Below, one piece after another: positions 46,453-55,995 of a DNA stretch of 64,000 bases. Where the stretch lies: assembly GCA_040398965.1 (NCBI GenBank), contig JBBASZ010000008.1:18087-82086 (forward strand). The letters run 5' to 3'. The position numbers and the translations under genes are program-made. Within the stretch, counting starts at the first letter, position 1. Every line of letters begins with the position of its first letter. Under the pieces are notes generated by a model. The model saw only the letters and a list, made by a program, of their open reading frames with translations, was not told where the DNA came from and did no database searches. The DNA comes from Solirubrobacteraceae bacterium (GTDB lineage Bacteria > Actinomycetota > Thermoleophilia > Solirubrobacterales > Solirubrobacteraceae).

Positions 46453-47918
46453 GCCCGGACGCTGCAGGGCCCGTCCGGCCTGCGCGGGACGAGGCGATCG
46501 CCCTGGCGGGCCAGTACACGCTGATCCCCCTGAAGCTGGAGGTCATCGACGACTGCGAGACGCCGGTCTCGGCCTTCCTCAAGCTTCGCGCGCTGGCGCC
46601 CGCCGAGCCCGCATTCCTGCTCGAGTCGGCTGAGCAGGGACAGCGCTTCGGCCGCTACAGCTTCATCGGCATGGCCCCGAGGGAGGTCCTGAGCTGGTCG
46701 CTGGGAGACGGCGGCGACCCGTACGGGCTCGCCGAAGAGCTCGCCGGACGCTGGCGCCAGGCGCCGATGGACGGCCTTCCGCCGTTCGCGGGTGGGCTGG
46801 TCGGCTACTTCGGCTACGACCTGGTTCGGTCGGTCGAGCCCCTCGCGGAGCCCAACCCGGACGAGATCGGCCTTCCGGACATGGCCCTGATGCTCAGCGA
46901 CCTGCTCGTCGTCTTCGACCACCTCAAGCACACGCTGAGCGTGATCGTGAACCTGTTTGTGGAAGATGGCACCGACGTCGGGACCGCCTGGGATGCCGCT
47001 GCGGCCAGGATCGCCCAGGTGCACGAGGCACTTGCCGGGCCGCTTCCCGAGCAGGAGGGCAGCGTCCTGCCGGAGCCGGTCTTCGAGCCCAACATGACCC
47101 GGGAGGAGTTCGAGGCGATAGTTGCCCGGATAGTCGAATACGTCCACGCCGGTGACGCCTTCCAGGTCGTCCCCTCACAGCGCTGGACCGCCGAGACGGC
47201 GGTCGATCCGTTCTCCGTCTATCGCGGCCTCCGGGTAGTCAACCCGAGTCCGTACATGTACTTCCTCGACTTCGGTGGCTTCCAGGTGGTCGGCGCCAGC
47301 CCCGAGCCGCTGCTGACCGTCACCGGGCGCCGGGCCTCGACCCGGCCGATCGCCGGTACCCGGCCCCGCGGTTCCGGACCGAAGGAGGACCAGGAGATCG
47401 CCGAGGAGCTCCTCGCCGACGAGAAGGAGCGGGCCGAGCACGTGATGCTCGTGGACCTCGGGCGAAATGACCTGGGGCGCGTCTGCGAATACGGCTCGGT
47501 CGGGGTCGACGGCTTCATGGAGGTCGAGAACTACTCGCACGTAATGCACATCGTCTCCTCGGTCTCGGGCACGCTCCGCGATGGCGTCAGCCCCATGGAT
47601 GCCCTGCGGAGCATCCTCCCGGCCGGGACCCTTTCGGGGGCGCCCAAGGTGCGCGCGATGCAGATCATCGACGAGCTGGAGCCGGTCAAGCGTGGCGGAT
47701 ACGGCGGTGCGATCGGCTACCTGAGCTACGCCGGCGATCTCGACACCTGCATCCACATCAGGACCGTCGTCTTCCGGGACGGGAAGGTCCACGTGCAGGC
47801 GGGTGGGGGAACCGTCGCCGACGCCACGCCGGCCAACGAGTACGAGGAGTCGGTCAACAAGTCGAAGGCCGTCATGCACGCCATCGAGATGGCGTGCGCG
47901 GAGCCGGGGTGGAAATGA
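46449..47918 (+). CDS. trpE: anthranilate synthase component I
   Basis: ORF track, 489 aa, chorismate-binding fold (LVDLGRNDLGRV, GGYGGAIGY). ATGA overlap with hisIE. Confidence 0.95.
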   Translation: MSPDAAGPVRPARDEAIALAGQYTLIPLKLEVIDDCETPVSAFLKLRALAPAEPAFLLESAEQGQRFGRYSFIGMAPREVLSWSLGDGGDPYGLAEELAGRWRQAPMDGLPPFAGGLVGYFGYDLVRSVEPLAEPNPDEIGLPDMALMLSDLLVVFDHLKHTLSVIVNLFVEDGTDVGTAWDAAAARIAQVHEALAGPLPEQEGSVLPEPVFEPNMTREEFEAIVARIVEYVHAGDAFQVVPSQRWTAETAVDPFSVYRGLRVVNPSPYMYFLDFGGFQVVGASPEPLLTVTGRRASTRPIAGTRPRGSGPKEDQEIAEELLADEKERAEHVMLVDLGRNDLGRVCEYGSVGVDGFMEVENYSHVMHIVSSVSGTLRDGVSPMDALRSILPAGTLSGAPKVRAMQIIDELEPVKRGGYGGAIGYLSYAGDLDTCIHIRTVVFRDGKVHVQAGGGTVADATPANEYEESVNKSKAVMHAIEMACAEPGWK

Positions 47919-48490
47919 GCCGGGTCCTGGTCATCGACAACTACGACTCGTTCACATGGAACCTCGTCCAGATCCTCGGTGAGATGGGAGCGGCCATCGA
48001 GGTCGTGCGGAATGACATGGCGGGGGTCGACGAACTTCTGGACCGGGGCTTCGACCGGCTGGTCATTTCGCCCGGGCCCTGCACGCCGGCGAAGGCCGGG
48101 ATTTCGGTCGACGCGGCGCGCCGGTTCCCCGAGGAGGGCGTGCCGACACTCGGGGTTTGCCTCGGTCACCAGTCGCTGGTCGAGGCGTTCGGGGGCGAGG
48201 TGGTTCGCGGCGACCCGGTCCACGGCAAGACCGCGGAGATCGAGCACGACGGGCGCAGCATCTACTCCGGGCTCCCCGAGCCGCTGACCGTTGGCCGTTA
48301 CCACTCGCTGGTGGCCAGCGAGGAGTCGCTGCCGGAAGCCCTCGAGGTGACCGCTCGCGGGGGAGGGGTCGTCCAGGGTGTTCGCCACACCGGGCTGCCT
48401 GCCGAAGGCGTTCAGTTCCATCCCGAGTCTGTCCTGACCCCGCACGGCCGGGAGATTCTCGGCCGGTTCCTCGAGGCGGGCGTCGCATGA
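47915..48490 (+). CDS. trpG: anthranilate synthase component II (glutamine amidotransferase)
   Basis: ORF track 47894..48490. ATG 47915 forms an ATGA overlap with trpE. MSRVLVIDNYDSFTWNL, GVCLGHQ, FHPES. Confidence 0.9.
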   Translation: MSRVLVIDNYDSFTWNLVQILGEMGAAIEVVRNDMAGVDELLDRGFDRLVISPGPCTPAKAGISVDAARRFPEEGVPTLGVCLGHQSLVEAFGGEVVRGDPVHGKTAEIEHDGRSIYSGLPEPLTVGRYHSLVASEESLPEALEVTARGGGVVQGVRHTGLPAEGVQFHPESVLTPHGREILGRFLEAGVA

Positions 48491-49518
48491 GCGGCGTGGT
48501 TCTCGACGAGGCGATCGCACAGGCCCGCGCGGGGACCGACCTGGCCCGCGAGCAGGCGGCCGGCGCGCTGTCGGTGATCATGGCCGGGGATGCCGGGGAG
48601 GACCAGATCCGGGACCTTCTGCTGGCCCTGCGCGAGAAGGGAGAGACCGCCGACGAGCTCGCGGGGATGGCGGAGACGATGCGCTCCATGGCCAGCGAGG
48701 TACGGCCCCGGCGCACCGACCTTCTCGACACCTGCGGAACGGGTGGAGGCAGGCAGACCTTCAACATCTCGACGGCCGCCGCCCTGGTGGCCGCCGGCGC
48801 CGGCTGCGCCGTGGCCAAGCACGGCAACCGCACTGCGACCGGTCTCACCGGCTCTGCCGACGTGCTGGAGGAGCTTGGCGCCAGCCTCAACCTCGAGCCG
48901 GAGGCGGAGGCCGAGCTGATCGACGAGCTCGGTTTTGGCTTCATGTTCGCGCCGGCTCACCACGCGGCGACCCGCCACGTGGTGCCCGTTCGCAAGGCTC
49001 TCGGCGTGAGCACGATCTTCAACCTCCTGGGCCCGCTCACAAACCCGGCAGGCGCCCGGCGACAGCTCATCGGTGTTTGGGAACCGGAGCGGCTGGACCT
49101 CATGGCCGGGGCGTTGGCCGCACTCGGGACCGAGCATGCCCTCGTGGTCTCAAGCAGGGACGGGCTCGACGAGATCTCGGTCGCGGCTCCGACCGAGGCC
49201 AGGGAGGTGCGGGACTCCTCGGTCGAGTCCCTGGTGATCACCCCGGAGGAGCTCGGCCTCCGTGCGTCCGGAATCGAGGAAATACCCGGAGGCGACGCGG
49301 CCGCAAGCGCAGCAACCATCACCGGGGTGCTGGAGGGCCGGCCCGGGCCGGCGCGCGACATCGTGCTGGCCAACGCTGCGGCCGCCATTTACGTCTCCGG
49401 TGGCGCCCCTTCGATCGGTGAAGGCGTCACCCGGGGAGAGTCCTCGATCGACTCCGGCGCTGCTCGTGAGCTTCTCGCGGCCTACGTTGCCCGCACGGGG
49501 GAGATGGCGGCGGGATGA
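48487..49518 (+). CDS. trpD: anthranilate phosphoribosyltransferase
   Basis: ORF track 48157..49518. ATG 48487 forms an ATGA overlap. GTGGGRQTFNISTAAALV and KHGNRTATG. Confidence 0.9.
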   Translation: MSGVVLDEAIAQARAGTDLAREQAAGALSVIMAGDAGEDQIRDLLLALREKGETADELAGMAETMRSMASEVRPRRTDLLDTCGTGGGRQTFNISTAAALVAAGAGCAVAKHGNRTATGLTGSADVLEELGASLNLEPEAEAELIDELGFGFMFAPAHHAATRHVVPVRKALGVSTIFNLLGPLTNPAGARRQLIGVWEPERLDLMAGALAALGTEHALVVSSRDGLDEISVAAPTEAREVRDSSVESLVITPEELGLRASGIEEIPGGDAAASAATITGVLEGRPGPARDIVLANAAAAIYVSGGAPSIGEGVTRGESSIDSGAARELLAAYVARTGEMAAG

Positions 49519-50303
49519 GCGTACTTCGCCGGATCTGCGACACATCACGGGAGCGCGTGGCCGAGAGGCGGGCGCAGGTTCCCGAGGCGGAGCTGCTGGC
49601 GATGATCCCCCAGCGCGGCGGCACCGGGCGCCTGCGCCAGGCGCTCGAGGCCCCGGGCATGTCGGTTATTGCCGAGTTCAAGCGCCGGTCCCCGAGCGCC
49701 GGGGAGATTCGCCCGGGCAGCAGCGTCACCGACGTGGTGTGCGCCTATGAAGAGGCCGGAGCAAGCGCACTCTCGGTGCTGACCGAGGAAGAGAACTTCG
49801 GCGGCTCGCTGGCCGACCTGCAGGAGGCGAGGGAGGCAAGTGCCCTGCCAATCCTGCGCAAGGACTTCACCGTCGACGGGTACCAGGTGGCTGAAGCCGC
49901 AGCCGCCGGCGCCGACGCTGTCCTGCTGATCGTCGCCGCGCTGGATGACGGCGAGCTCAGGAGCCTGGACGTCAGGGCGCGTGAGCTCGGGCTCGACGTG
50001 CTGGTTGAGGTCCACGACGACGAGGAGCTTGAACGGGCCATGGGGGCGGTCGACCCGGAGATCATCGGCATCAACAACCGCGACCTGCGCGACTTCACCG
50101 TGGATACCGCACGCACCTCGAAGCTCATGTCCGCGATCCCGGCCGGGAAGGTCGTGGTGAGCGAGTCCGGTATCACTTCGGCGGCGCAGCTCGAGGAGCT
50201 CGAGCAGGCCGGGGTCGATGCGGTGCTGGTAGGCGAGCGGCTGATGCGGGCTCCCGACCCGGGCGAGGCGCTGCGGGAGCTGAAGTCCTTCGGGATAGCC
50301 TGA
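49515..50303 (+). CDS. trpC: indole-3-glycerol phosphate synthase
   Basis: ORF track, 262 aa. IAEFKRRSPSAG, RKDF, INNRDL. ATGA overlap with trpD. Confidence 0.95.
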   Translation: MSVLRRICDTSRERVAERRAQVPEAELLAMIPQRGGTGRLRQALEAPGMSVIAEFKRRSPSAGEIRPGSSVTDVVCAYEEAGASALSVLTEEENFGGSLADLQEAREASALPILRKDFTVDGYQVAEAAAAGADAVLLIVAALDDGELRSLDVRARELGLDVLVEVHDDEELERAMGAVDPEIIGINNRDLRDFTVDTARTSKLMSAIPAGKVVVSESGITSAAQLEELEQAGVDAVLVGERLMRAPDPGEALRELKSFGIA

Positions 50304-50369
50304 AAAGCTTCGCTGTGCCTCAGGAACCGTTTATTGAGCCTTCAGTAACCGACCCCATCCTCGAATCCC

Positions 50370-51557
50370 ATGACCAATGAAAAGAAGATCTGGCCCGTGG
50401 CAATCATCTCCGGCCTGGTCGGCGCGGGCGCGGCGGTCGCCGTGGCGGCGCTGGTCGGGATCGGCGGGGGTGGTGAGACGACCGTCGTCCGCGCCGGCAG
50501 CGGCGAGCTTCGGCCGGTCTCCAGCGGCGAGGGACTCAGTGCAAGCCAGATCTACCGCCGTGACTCACGCGGCGTGGTGTCGGTACTTGCCGAGGGTGTG
50601 CAGAGCGACAGCGAGTCGCAGTTCGGGATTCCCGGCTCCGGGTCGGGCAAGTCGAGCGGAACCGGCTTTGCCATCGATAACGAAGGCACGATCCTCACCA
50701 ACGCCCATGTCGTCGACGGGGCGAAGAAGGTGACCATCGGCGTCGGCCTCGAAGGCGACAGCGACAAGACGACCGAGGCAAAGGTGCTCGGGGCCGACCG
50801 CTCCACCGACCTGGCCGTGCTCAAGGTCGACCCTTCGGGCCTTAACCTGCGCCCGCTCCCGCTGGGCTCCTCGAGCGACGTCATCGTCGGCGACCCGGTG
50901 GTGGCCATCGGCAACCCGTTCGGGCAGACCGGGACCCTCACCACCGGCGTGGTCTCGGCCAAGGGACGGCAGATCGAGGGCCTGAACGGTTTCACGATCG
51001 ACAACGTCATCCAGACCGACGCGGCGATCAATCCCGGCAACTCCGGCGGTCCGCTGATCGACGCGGCCGGTGAGGTGATCGGGATCAACTCCCAGATCCA
51101 GACCGGCGGGAGCAACGGCAGCGTCGGCATCGGCTTCGCTATCCCGATTGACACGGCCCGCAAGCTTGTCCCCGGCCTGCGTGAGGGCAAGGTGGACACC
51201 GGCTACCTCGGCATCACCACCATCGGGATTACGCCCGAGCTCGAAGCACTCAACCTGCCGGTGGACGAGGGCGTGCTTATCATTTCGGTCCAGCCGGGCA
51301 GCCCGGCGGCCAGGGCCGGCCTCAAGGGCGGGACGGTCCCGGCGGAGCTCGACGGCCAGAAGATCATGATCGGCGGTGACGTGATCGAGAAGATCGACGG
51401 CCGCCAGATGGATTCCGCTGCCGACGTCTCGTCCTACGTTGCCTCGAAGAAGGCCGGAGACCGGATCGAGATCGAATACCTCAAGGGCGGAAAGAAGCGC
51501 GAGACCGTCGAGGTCGAGCTCGGGCGCCGGCCCCAGCAGAACATCAAGCAGCCCTAG
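50370..51557 (+). CDS. membrane-anchored HtrA/DegP-family serine protease (S1C) with PDZ domain
   Basis: ORF track, 395 aa. N-terminal TM helix, catalytic His (TNAHVV), Asp (DLAVLK), Ser (GNSGGPL), one C-terminal PDZ. Confidence 0.9.
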   Translation: MTNEKKIWPVAIISGLVGAGAAVAVAALVGIGGGGETTVVRAGSGELRPVSSGEGLSASQIYRRDSRGVVSVLAEGVQSDSESQFGIPGSGSGKSSGTGFAIDNEGTILTNAHVVDGAKKVTIGVGLEGDSDKTTEAKVLGADRSTDLAVLKVDPSGLNLRPLPLGSSSDVIVGDPVVAIGNPFGQTGTLTTGVVSAKGRQIEGLNGFTIDNVIQTDAAINPGNSGGPLIDAAGEVIGINSQIQTGGSNGSVGIGFAIPIDTARKLVPGLREGKVDTGYLGITTIGITPELEALNLPVDEGVLIISVQPGSPAARAGLKGGTVPAELDGQKIMIGGDVIEKIDGRQMDSAADVSSYVASKKAGDRIEIEYLKGGKKRETVEVELGRRPQQNIKQP

Positions 51558-51596
51558 CGCGCGGCAGCTCCGGAGCGATCTGCGACCATAGGGCGG

Positions 51597-52247
51597 GTGG
51601 AGGCACCCCGCGTAAAGATCTGTGGCCTGACCGACCTCGCCGACGCCGAGATGGCGCTGGAGAACGGGGCCTGGGCGCTGGGATGCGTCATGTGGGACGG
51701 CTCCCCGCGCGCCTGTGACCCGGCGCAGGCGCAGCTGATCGCCCGCCGCCTGGGGCGGAGCGCGGAGGTTTGTGGCGTCTTCGTGGACGAGCCGCTCGAC
51801 GATGTCTCCAGGCTGGTCGAGGCAACGGGCTTCACGATGGTCCAGCTCCACGGGGACGAGGGCCCGTCCTACTGCGATGAGCTGGGCCGCCGCACCGGCG
51901 CCCGGATCGTCAAGGTCGGCCGGGTGGGGTCGGCCGCCGACCTGCGTGACATGGAGCGTTTCCGGAACGTCGATTACCACCTGCTGGACACCCGAAAGAC
52001 AGGGCTGCCCGGTGGGACGGGCGAGAGCTGGGACTGGGAACTTGCCGGCCAGCGCAGCTCGCCTGTGCCCCTGATCGTGAGCGGTGGCCTGGGACCGGAG
52101 AACGTCGGGGAAGCGATAGCCGCGGCCAGGCCCTTCGCTGTCGACGTGGCCTCCGGTGTCGAGTCGGAGCCCGGGGTCAAGGATCCGGAGAAGGTGCGCA
52201 GCTTCATGGAAGCGGTGGCCCGAACGGGAGAGCCGGTGGCCGGATGA
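51597..52247 (+). CDS. trpF: phosphoribosylanthranilate isomerase
   Basis: ORF track, 216 aa. [21 protein letters not shown]. Confidence 0.9.
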   Translation: MEAPRVKICGLTDLADAEMALENGAWALGCVMWDGSPRACDPAQAQLIARRLGRSAEVCGVFVDEPLDDVSRLVEATGFTMVQLHGDEGPSYCDELGRRTGARIVKVGRVGSAADLRDMERFRNVDYHLLDTRKTGLPGGTGESWDWELAGQRSSPVPLIVSGGLGPENVGEAIAAARPFAVDVASGVESEPGVKDPEKVRSFMEAVARTGEPVAG

Positions 52248-53419
52248 GCGCGCCCGTAGAGCACCGTTTCGGTCCCTACGGCGGCCAGTACGTGCCCGAG
52301 ACGCTCATGCCCGCCCTCGAGCAGCTCGAGGCGGCCTGGGTTGAGGCGCGCGACGACCCGGCCTTCCGCGAGCGCCTGGACGTACTGCTTCGCGACTACG
52401 CCGGACGCCCCACGCCGCTCTACCTCGCATCCGGCCTCTCGGAGGCGGCCGGGCGGCCGGTCTACCTCAAGCGGGAGGATCTTCTCCACACCGGGGCCCA
52501 CAAGATCAACAACGCCCTCGGCCAGGCACTTCTCACCGTCCGGATGGGCAAGAGCCGGGTGATCGCCGAGACCGGTGCCGGCCAGCACGGTGTGGCGACG
52601 GCGACTGCCTGTGCGCTCCTGGGCCTCGAGTGCGTCGTCTACATGGGTGCCGAGGACATCAGGCGCCAGCAGCCGAACGTGCAGCGCATGGAGCTGCTCG
52701 GAGCGACCGTGGTGCCGGTGACGGCCGGGGCGGCGACGCTCAAGGAGGCGGTCTCCGAGGCGATCCGGGACTGGGTCACCAATGTCGACAGCAGCCACTA
52801 CATCCTTGGCTCCGCCGTCGGGCCGGCTCCCTATCCGGTGATCGTCAGGGAGCTGCAGCGGTGCATCGGGGACGAGGCACGGGCTCAGATCCTCGAACGT
52901 GAGGGACGCCTGCCCGACCGGGTGATCGCCAGCGTTGGCGGGGGCTCCAACGCGATCGGCATGTTCGCCGGTTTCATCGATGACGAAGAGGTCGAGCTGG
53001 TTGGCGTCGAGGCCGCGGGTGAGGGGATCGAGAGTGGCCGCCATGGCGCCCCGCTGGCGGCTGGCGGCAGGGCCGGGGTGCTGCACGGCTCGCTGAGCGC
53101 GATCCTTCAGGACCCGAGCGGCCAGATCGCCGAGGCACACTCGGTCTCCGCCGGCCTGGACTACCCCGGATCGGGCCCACAGCACGCATGGCTGCGCGAC
53201 AGCGGCAGGGCCCGCTACGTCGGCGTGCGTGATGCGGATGCGCTCGAGGCGTTCGCCCGCACCGCGCGGCTCGAGGGGATCATCCCCGCGCTCGAGCCGG
53301 CGCACGCGCTCCACTACGTCCTGGAGGAGCCGAGCGATTCCGGGCTCGACCTGGTCTGCCTCTCGGGGAGGGGCGACAAGGACCTTTCGGAGGTCCTCAA
53401 GCTCCTGGGTGAAAGTTGA
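52244..53419 (+). CDS. trpB: tryptophan synthase beta chain
   Basis: ORF track, 391 aa. [20 protein letters not shown] (PLP Lys), GGGSNAIG. Confidence 0.95.
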   Translation: MSAPVEHRFGPYGGQYVPETLMPALEQLEAAWVEARDDPAFRERLDVLLRDYAGRPTPLYLASGLSEAAGRPVYLKREDLLHTGAHKINNALGQALLTVRMGKSRVIAETGAGQHGVATATACALLGLECVVYMGAEDIRRQQPNVQRMELLGATVVPVTAGAATLKEAVSEAIRDWVTNVDSSHYILGSAVGPAPYPVIVRELQRCIGDEARAQILEREGRLPDRVIASVGGGSNAIGMFAGFIDDEEVELVGVEAAGEGIESGRHGAPLAAGGRAGVLHGSLSAILQDPSGQIAEAHSVSAGLDYPGSGPQHAWLRDSGRARYVGVRDADALEAFARTARLEGIIPALEPAHALHYVLEEPSDSGLDLVCLSGRGDKDLSEVLKLLGES

Positions 53420-54198
53420 ACGGCATCGATCGCATATCGGAGGCGTTCGAGAAGCGCCGGGGACGGGCGGCGCTTATGCCGTACCTGATGGGTGGATTCC
53501 CCGACCGCGAGACGTCCCTGGCTATCGGGCGTGCCTACGCAGACGCCGGGGCCGACCTCGTGGAGCTCGGCGTCCCGTTCTCCGACCCGCTCGCCGACGG
53601 CCCGGTGATCCAGGAGGCTGGGGCACGGGCCCTGGAGGCTGGCGCAACCCCGGAGTCGGTGCTGGAGACCGCCGCCGCTCTCTCGGATGCGGTGCCGGTG
53701 GTGCTGATGACCTACAGCAACCTCGTCCTGTCCCGGGGTGCCGACGAGTTCGTCTCCGACCTGGCCGCGGCCGGGGTCAGCGGGCTGATCGTTCCCGACC
53801 TTCCGCTGGAGGAGTCCGGGGAGCTCGGCGACGCCTGCGAGGCCAGCGGGATCGCGCTCGTGCCGTTGGCCGCACCAACCAGCAGCGACGACCGGATGGA
53901 GCAGATCGGTTCGCAGGCGCGAGGTTTCCTCTACACGGTTTCGGTCTCCGGGACGACCGGCGAGCGGTCGGGGGACGCAGGCTACGCGGAGCTGATCGAG
54001 CGGGCGCGCGGCCATTCACGCGTCCCGGTCGCGCTCGGGTTCGGCATTTCGACGCCCGAGCAGGCCGATGCCGCAGCCCAGGCTGGAGCCGACGGGGTGA
54101 TCGTCGGCAGCAGGCTCGTGCGCGAGGCCTCGGAGAGCGACGACCCCGCCTCGGCGTGCGGGGCGCTCGTAGAGCGATTCGCCCAGGCGCTCCGGTAA
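53416..54198 (+). CDS. trpA: tryptophan synthase alpha chain
   Basis: ORF track, 260 aa. [17 protein letters not shown] and GFGIS. Confidence 0.95.
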   Translation: MNGIDRISEAFEKRRGRAALMPYLMGGFPDRETSLAIGRAYADAGADLVELGVPFSDPLADGPVIQEAGARALEAGATPESVLETAAALSDAVPVVLMTYSNLVLSRGADEFVSDLAAAGVSGLIVPDLPLEESGELGDACEASGIALVPLAAPTSSDDRMEQIGSQARGFLYTVSVSGTTGERSGDAGYAELIERARGHSRVPVALGFGISTPEQADAAAQAGADGVIVGSRLVREASESDDPASACGALVERFAQALR

Positions 54199-54210
54199 GC
54201 TTGCGCGGGT

Positions 54211-54372
54211 ATGGGCCTCTTCGTCACATCCGTATTTGCCCTATCGCTCTGGGTGGTTCTCATCGCCTTTGGCGTGAGCCCGCTGGATGGCCTTCTCCTC
54301 GCGCTGGTCATCATCGTGACCGCTGCCGGCGTACGGGTGCTGGGCCAGCGGTTCAGTGGCGAAGACAGCTGA
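54211..54372 (+). CDS. small membrane protein (53 aa, two predicted TM helices)
   Basis: Below the track cut-off. Hand translation MGLFVTSVFALSLWVVLIAFGVSPLDGLLLALVIIVTAAGVRVLGQRFSGEDS. Starts 12 nt after the trpA stop and overlaps the next ORF by 17 nt. Confidence 0.4.
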   Translation: MGLFVTSVFALSLWVVLIAFGVSPLDGLLLALVIIVTAAGVRVLGQRFSGEDS

Positions 54373-55009
54373 ACCCCGGCCGGCCCTGAGGGCCGTTGCG
54401 CTGCTCGGGGCGGCGGTGGTAGCCATCGGTGTCGCGGGCTGCGGGACCGACGACGCCAAGGTTGCCGGCGCCCAGGTCTACGGCACCTACCTGAGTGTCT
54501 ACTCGAGCCTTCCGCTGAGCGGTCCCGATGCCGAGGCGGGCAACGACATCCTCAACGGGGAGCGGCTCGCCTTCTCCGAAAGGGACGGCAAGATCGGCGA
54601 CTTCATCCTCAACTTCGTCTCGCTCAACGCGCTGGCGGGCAAGGGGAAGGATCCCGGGAACGGGCAGGTGGCGCTCAATGCCCGCCGCGCGGTTACCGAC
54701 CCGCGCTCAATCGCCTACATCGGCGACTTTGAGAAGTCCCAGACGGAGCTCTCGAGGGTGATCGTCGACCAGGCCCAGCTTCTCCAGGTCGCACCCTCGG
54801 CCGGATGGGACGGCCTTCCGGGCGGCAGGCAGGAGGCACCCGGATTTCGCTCCGCATACCGCGAGCAGTTCGGAGAAGAGCCGACCGACGATGCGCTCTA
54901 CGGCTACGAGGCCATGAACGACGTACTCGATGCCATCGAGCGCGCCGGCAAGGAGGGAGGCAACCGTATTGCGGTAGCCGACGCCTTCCGGGCCGGCCCG
55001 GGCAACTGA
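54356..55009 (+). CDS. lipoprotein resembling a type I (LivJ-like) solute-binding protein but lacking the second lobe; possible gene remnant
   Basis: ORF track, 217 aa. Signal peptide with lipobox VAGC. The N-terminal lobe-I-like stretch (YSSLPLSGPDAEAGNDILNGERLAF...IAYIGDF) runs straight into the usually C-proximal FRSAYREQFGEEPTDDALYGYEAMNDVLDAIERAG. Confidence 0.55.
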   Translation: MAKTAEPRPALRAVALLGAAVVAIGVAGCGTDDAKVAGAQVYGTYLSVYSSLPLSGPDAEAGNDILNGERLAFSERDGKIGDFILNFVSLNALAGKGKDPGNGQVALNARRAVTDPRSIAYIGDFEKSQTELSRVIVDQAQLLQVAPSAGWDGLPGGRQEAPGFRSAYREQFGEEPTDDALYGYEAMNDVLDAIERAGKEGGNRIAVADAFRAGPGN

Positions 55010-55019
55010 ACCTCCCGGG

Positions 55020-55925
55020 TCAGCGCCCCAGGGCGGACCTGAGCGCAGCGTCGAGCTCGGGCTGCTGGAAGACGTAGCCGGACTCGAGCGTCCGGGCAGG
55101 GACGGCGCGCTGGCCCTCGGTGACGATCTCGGCCATCTCGCCGTAGAGGGTGCGAATGGCAAACGCCGGTACCGGGAATATCGCCGGGCGTCCCAGTGCC
55201 CGTCCGAGTGCCTTCGAGAAATCGGCATTGGTCACCGGCTCGGGAGCGGTGCCGTTCACCGGCCCCGACCAGCCCTCTCCGTCCAGGGCAGCCAGGTAGA
55301 TGCCGACAATGTCGTCGAGGTGTATCCAGGGCATGTACTGCCTGCCGCCGGCCACCGGACCCCCGACCCCGGCGCGGAAGGGGGGCAGCATCGTCTTGAG
55401 GGCGCCGCCGCCTGAGTCGAGAACCACCCCGGTGCGCACGATCACCACGCGGAGGCCGAGCTCTTCGGCGGCCCGGGCCCGGCGCTCCCATTCGACGCAG
55501 ACCTCTGCGAGGAAGTCGCTGCCGGCGGGAGCCGACTCGTCGATGATCTCCGCCCCGTGCTTTCCGTAGTAGCCGACGGCCGATGAGGAGACGAGGACGC
55601 CGGGCCGGGGCTCCGACGCGGCGATGCCGGCGACGAGGTTGGCGGTGCCGAGGTCGCGGCTGGCCCGGATCGAGCGCTTGACCGACTCGGTCCACCGCTG
55701 GGCGACCGGCTCTCCGGCGAGATGAACGACCCCATCCCGTCCGCTGATCGCCGAGCTTGGCGCCGGCTCGGCCATCGGGTCCCATGCGACAGCCTCGACC
55801 CCGAGCTCACGCGCGGCCTGGTCGGGATTGCGGGACAGGACGGTGACCTCGTCTCCCCGCTCCTTCAGGGCGGCGACCAGTGCGGTCCCGATCAGTCCCG
55901 TTGCTCCAGTGACAGTGACCTTCAT
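55020..55925 (-). CDS. TIGR01777-family (YfcH-like) NAD-dependent epimerase/dehydratase-fold protein
   Basis: ORF track, 301 aa. MKVTVTGATGLIGTALV Rossmann start and a DUF1731-like C-terminus. Confidence 0.8.
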   Translation of the reverse strand: MKVTVTGATGLIGTALVAALKERGDEVTVLSRNPDQAARELGVEAVAWDPMAEPAPSSAISGRDGVVHLAGEPVAQRWTESVKRSIRASRDLGTANLVAGIAASEPRPGVLVSSSAVGYYGKHGAEIIDESAPAGSDFLAEVCVEWERRARAAEELGLRVVIVRTGVVLDSGGGALKTMLPPFRAGVGGPVAGGRQYMPWIHLDDIVGIYLAALDGEGWSGPVNGTAPEPVTNADFSKALGRALGRPAIFPVPAFAIRTLYGEMAEIVTEGQRAVPARTLESGYVFQQPELDAALRSALGR

Positions 55926-55963
55926 TTCGTCTGCGTTCCTCGCTGGTTGCTTGCAAAGCCTCT

Positions 55964-55980
55964 ACGGACGGGAGGTCCGT
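55964..55980 (-). terminator. weak hairpin downstream of the malic enzyme gene
   Basis: ACGGAC-gggag-GTCCGT, a 6-bp stem, 16 nt past the stop. Only a short TTT follows on the minus strand. Confidence 0.25.
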
Positions 55981-55995
55981 CTGGCGCAACGGCGC

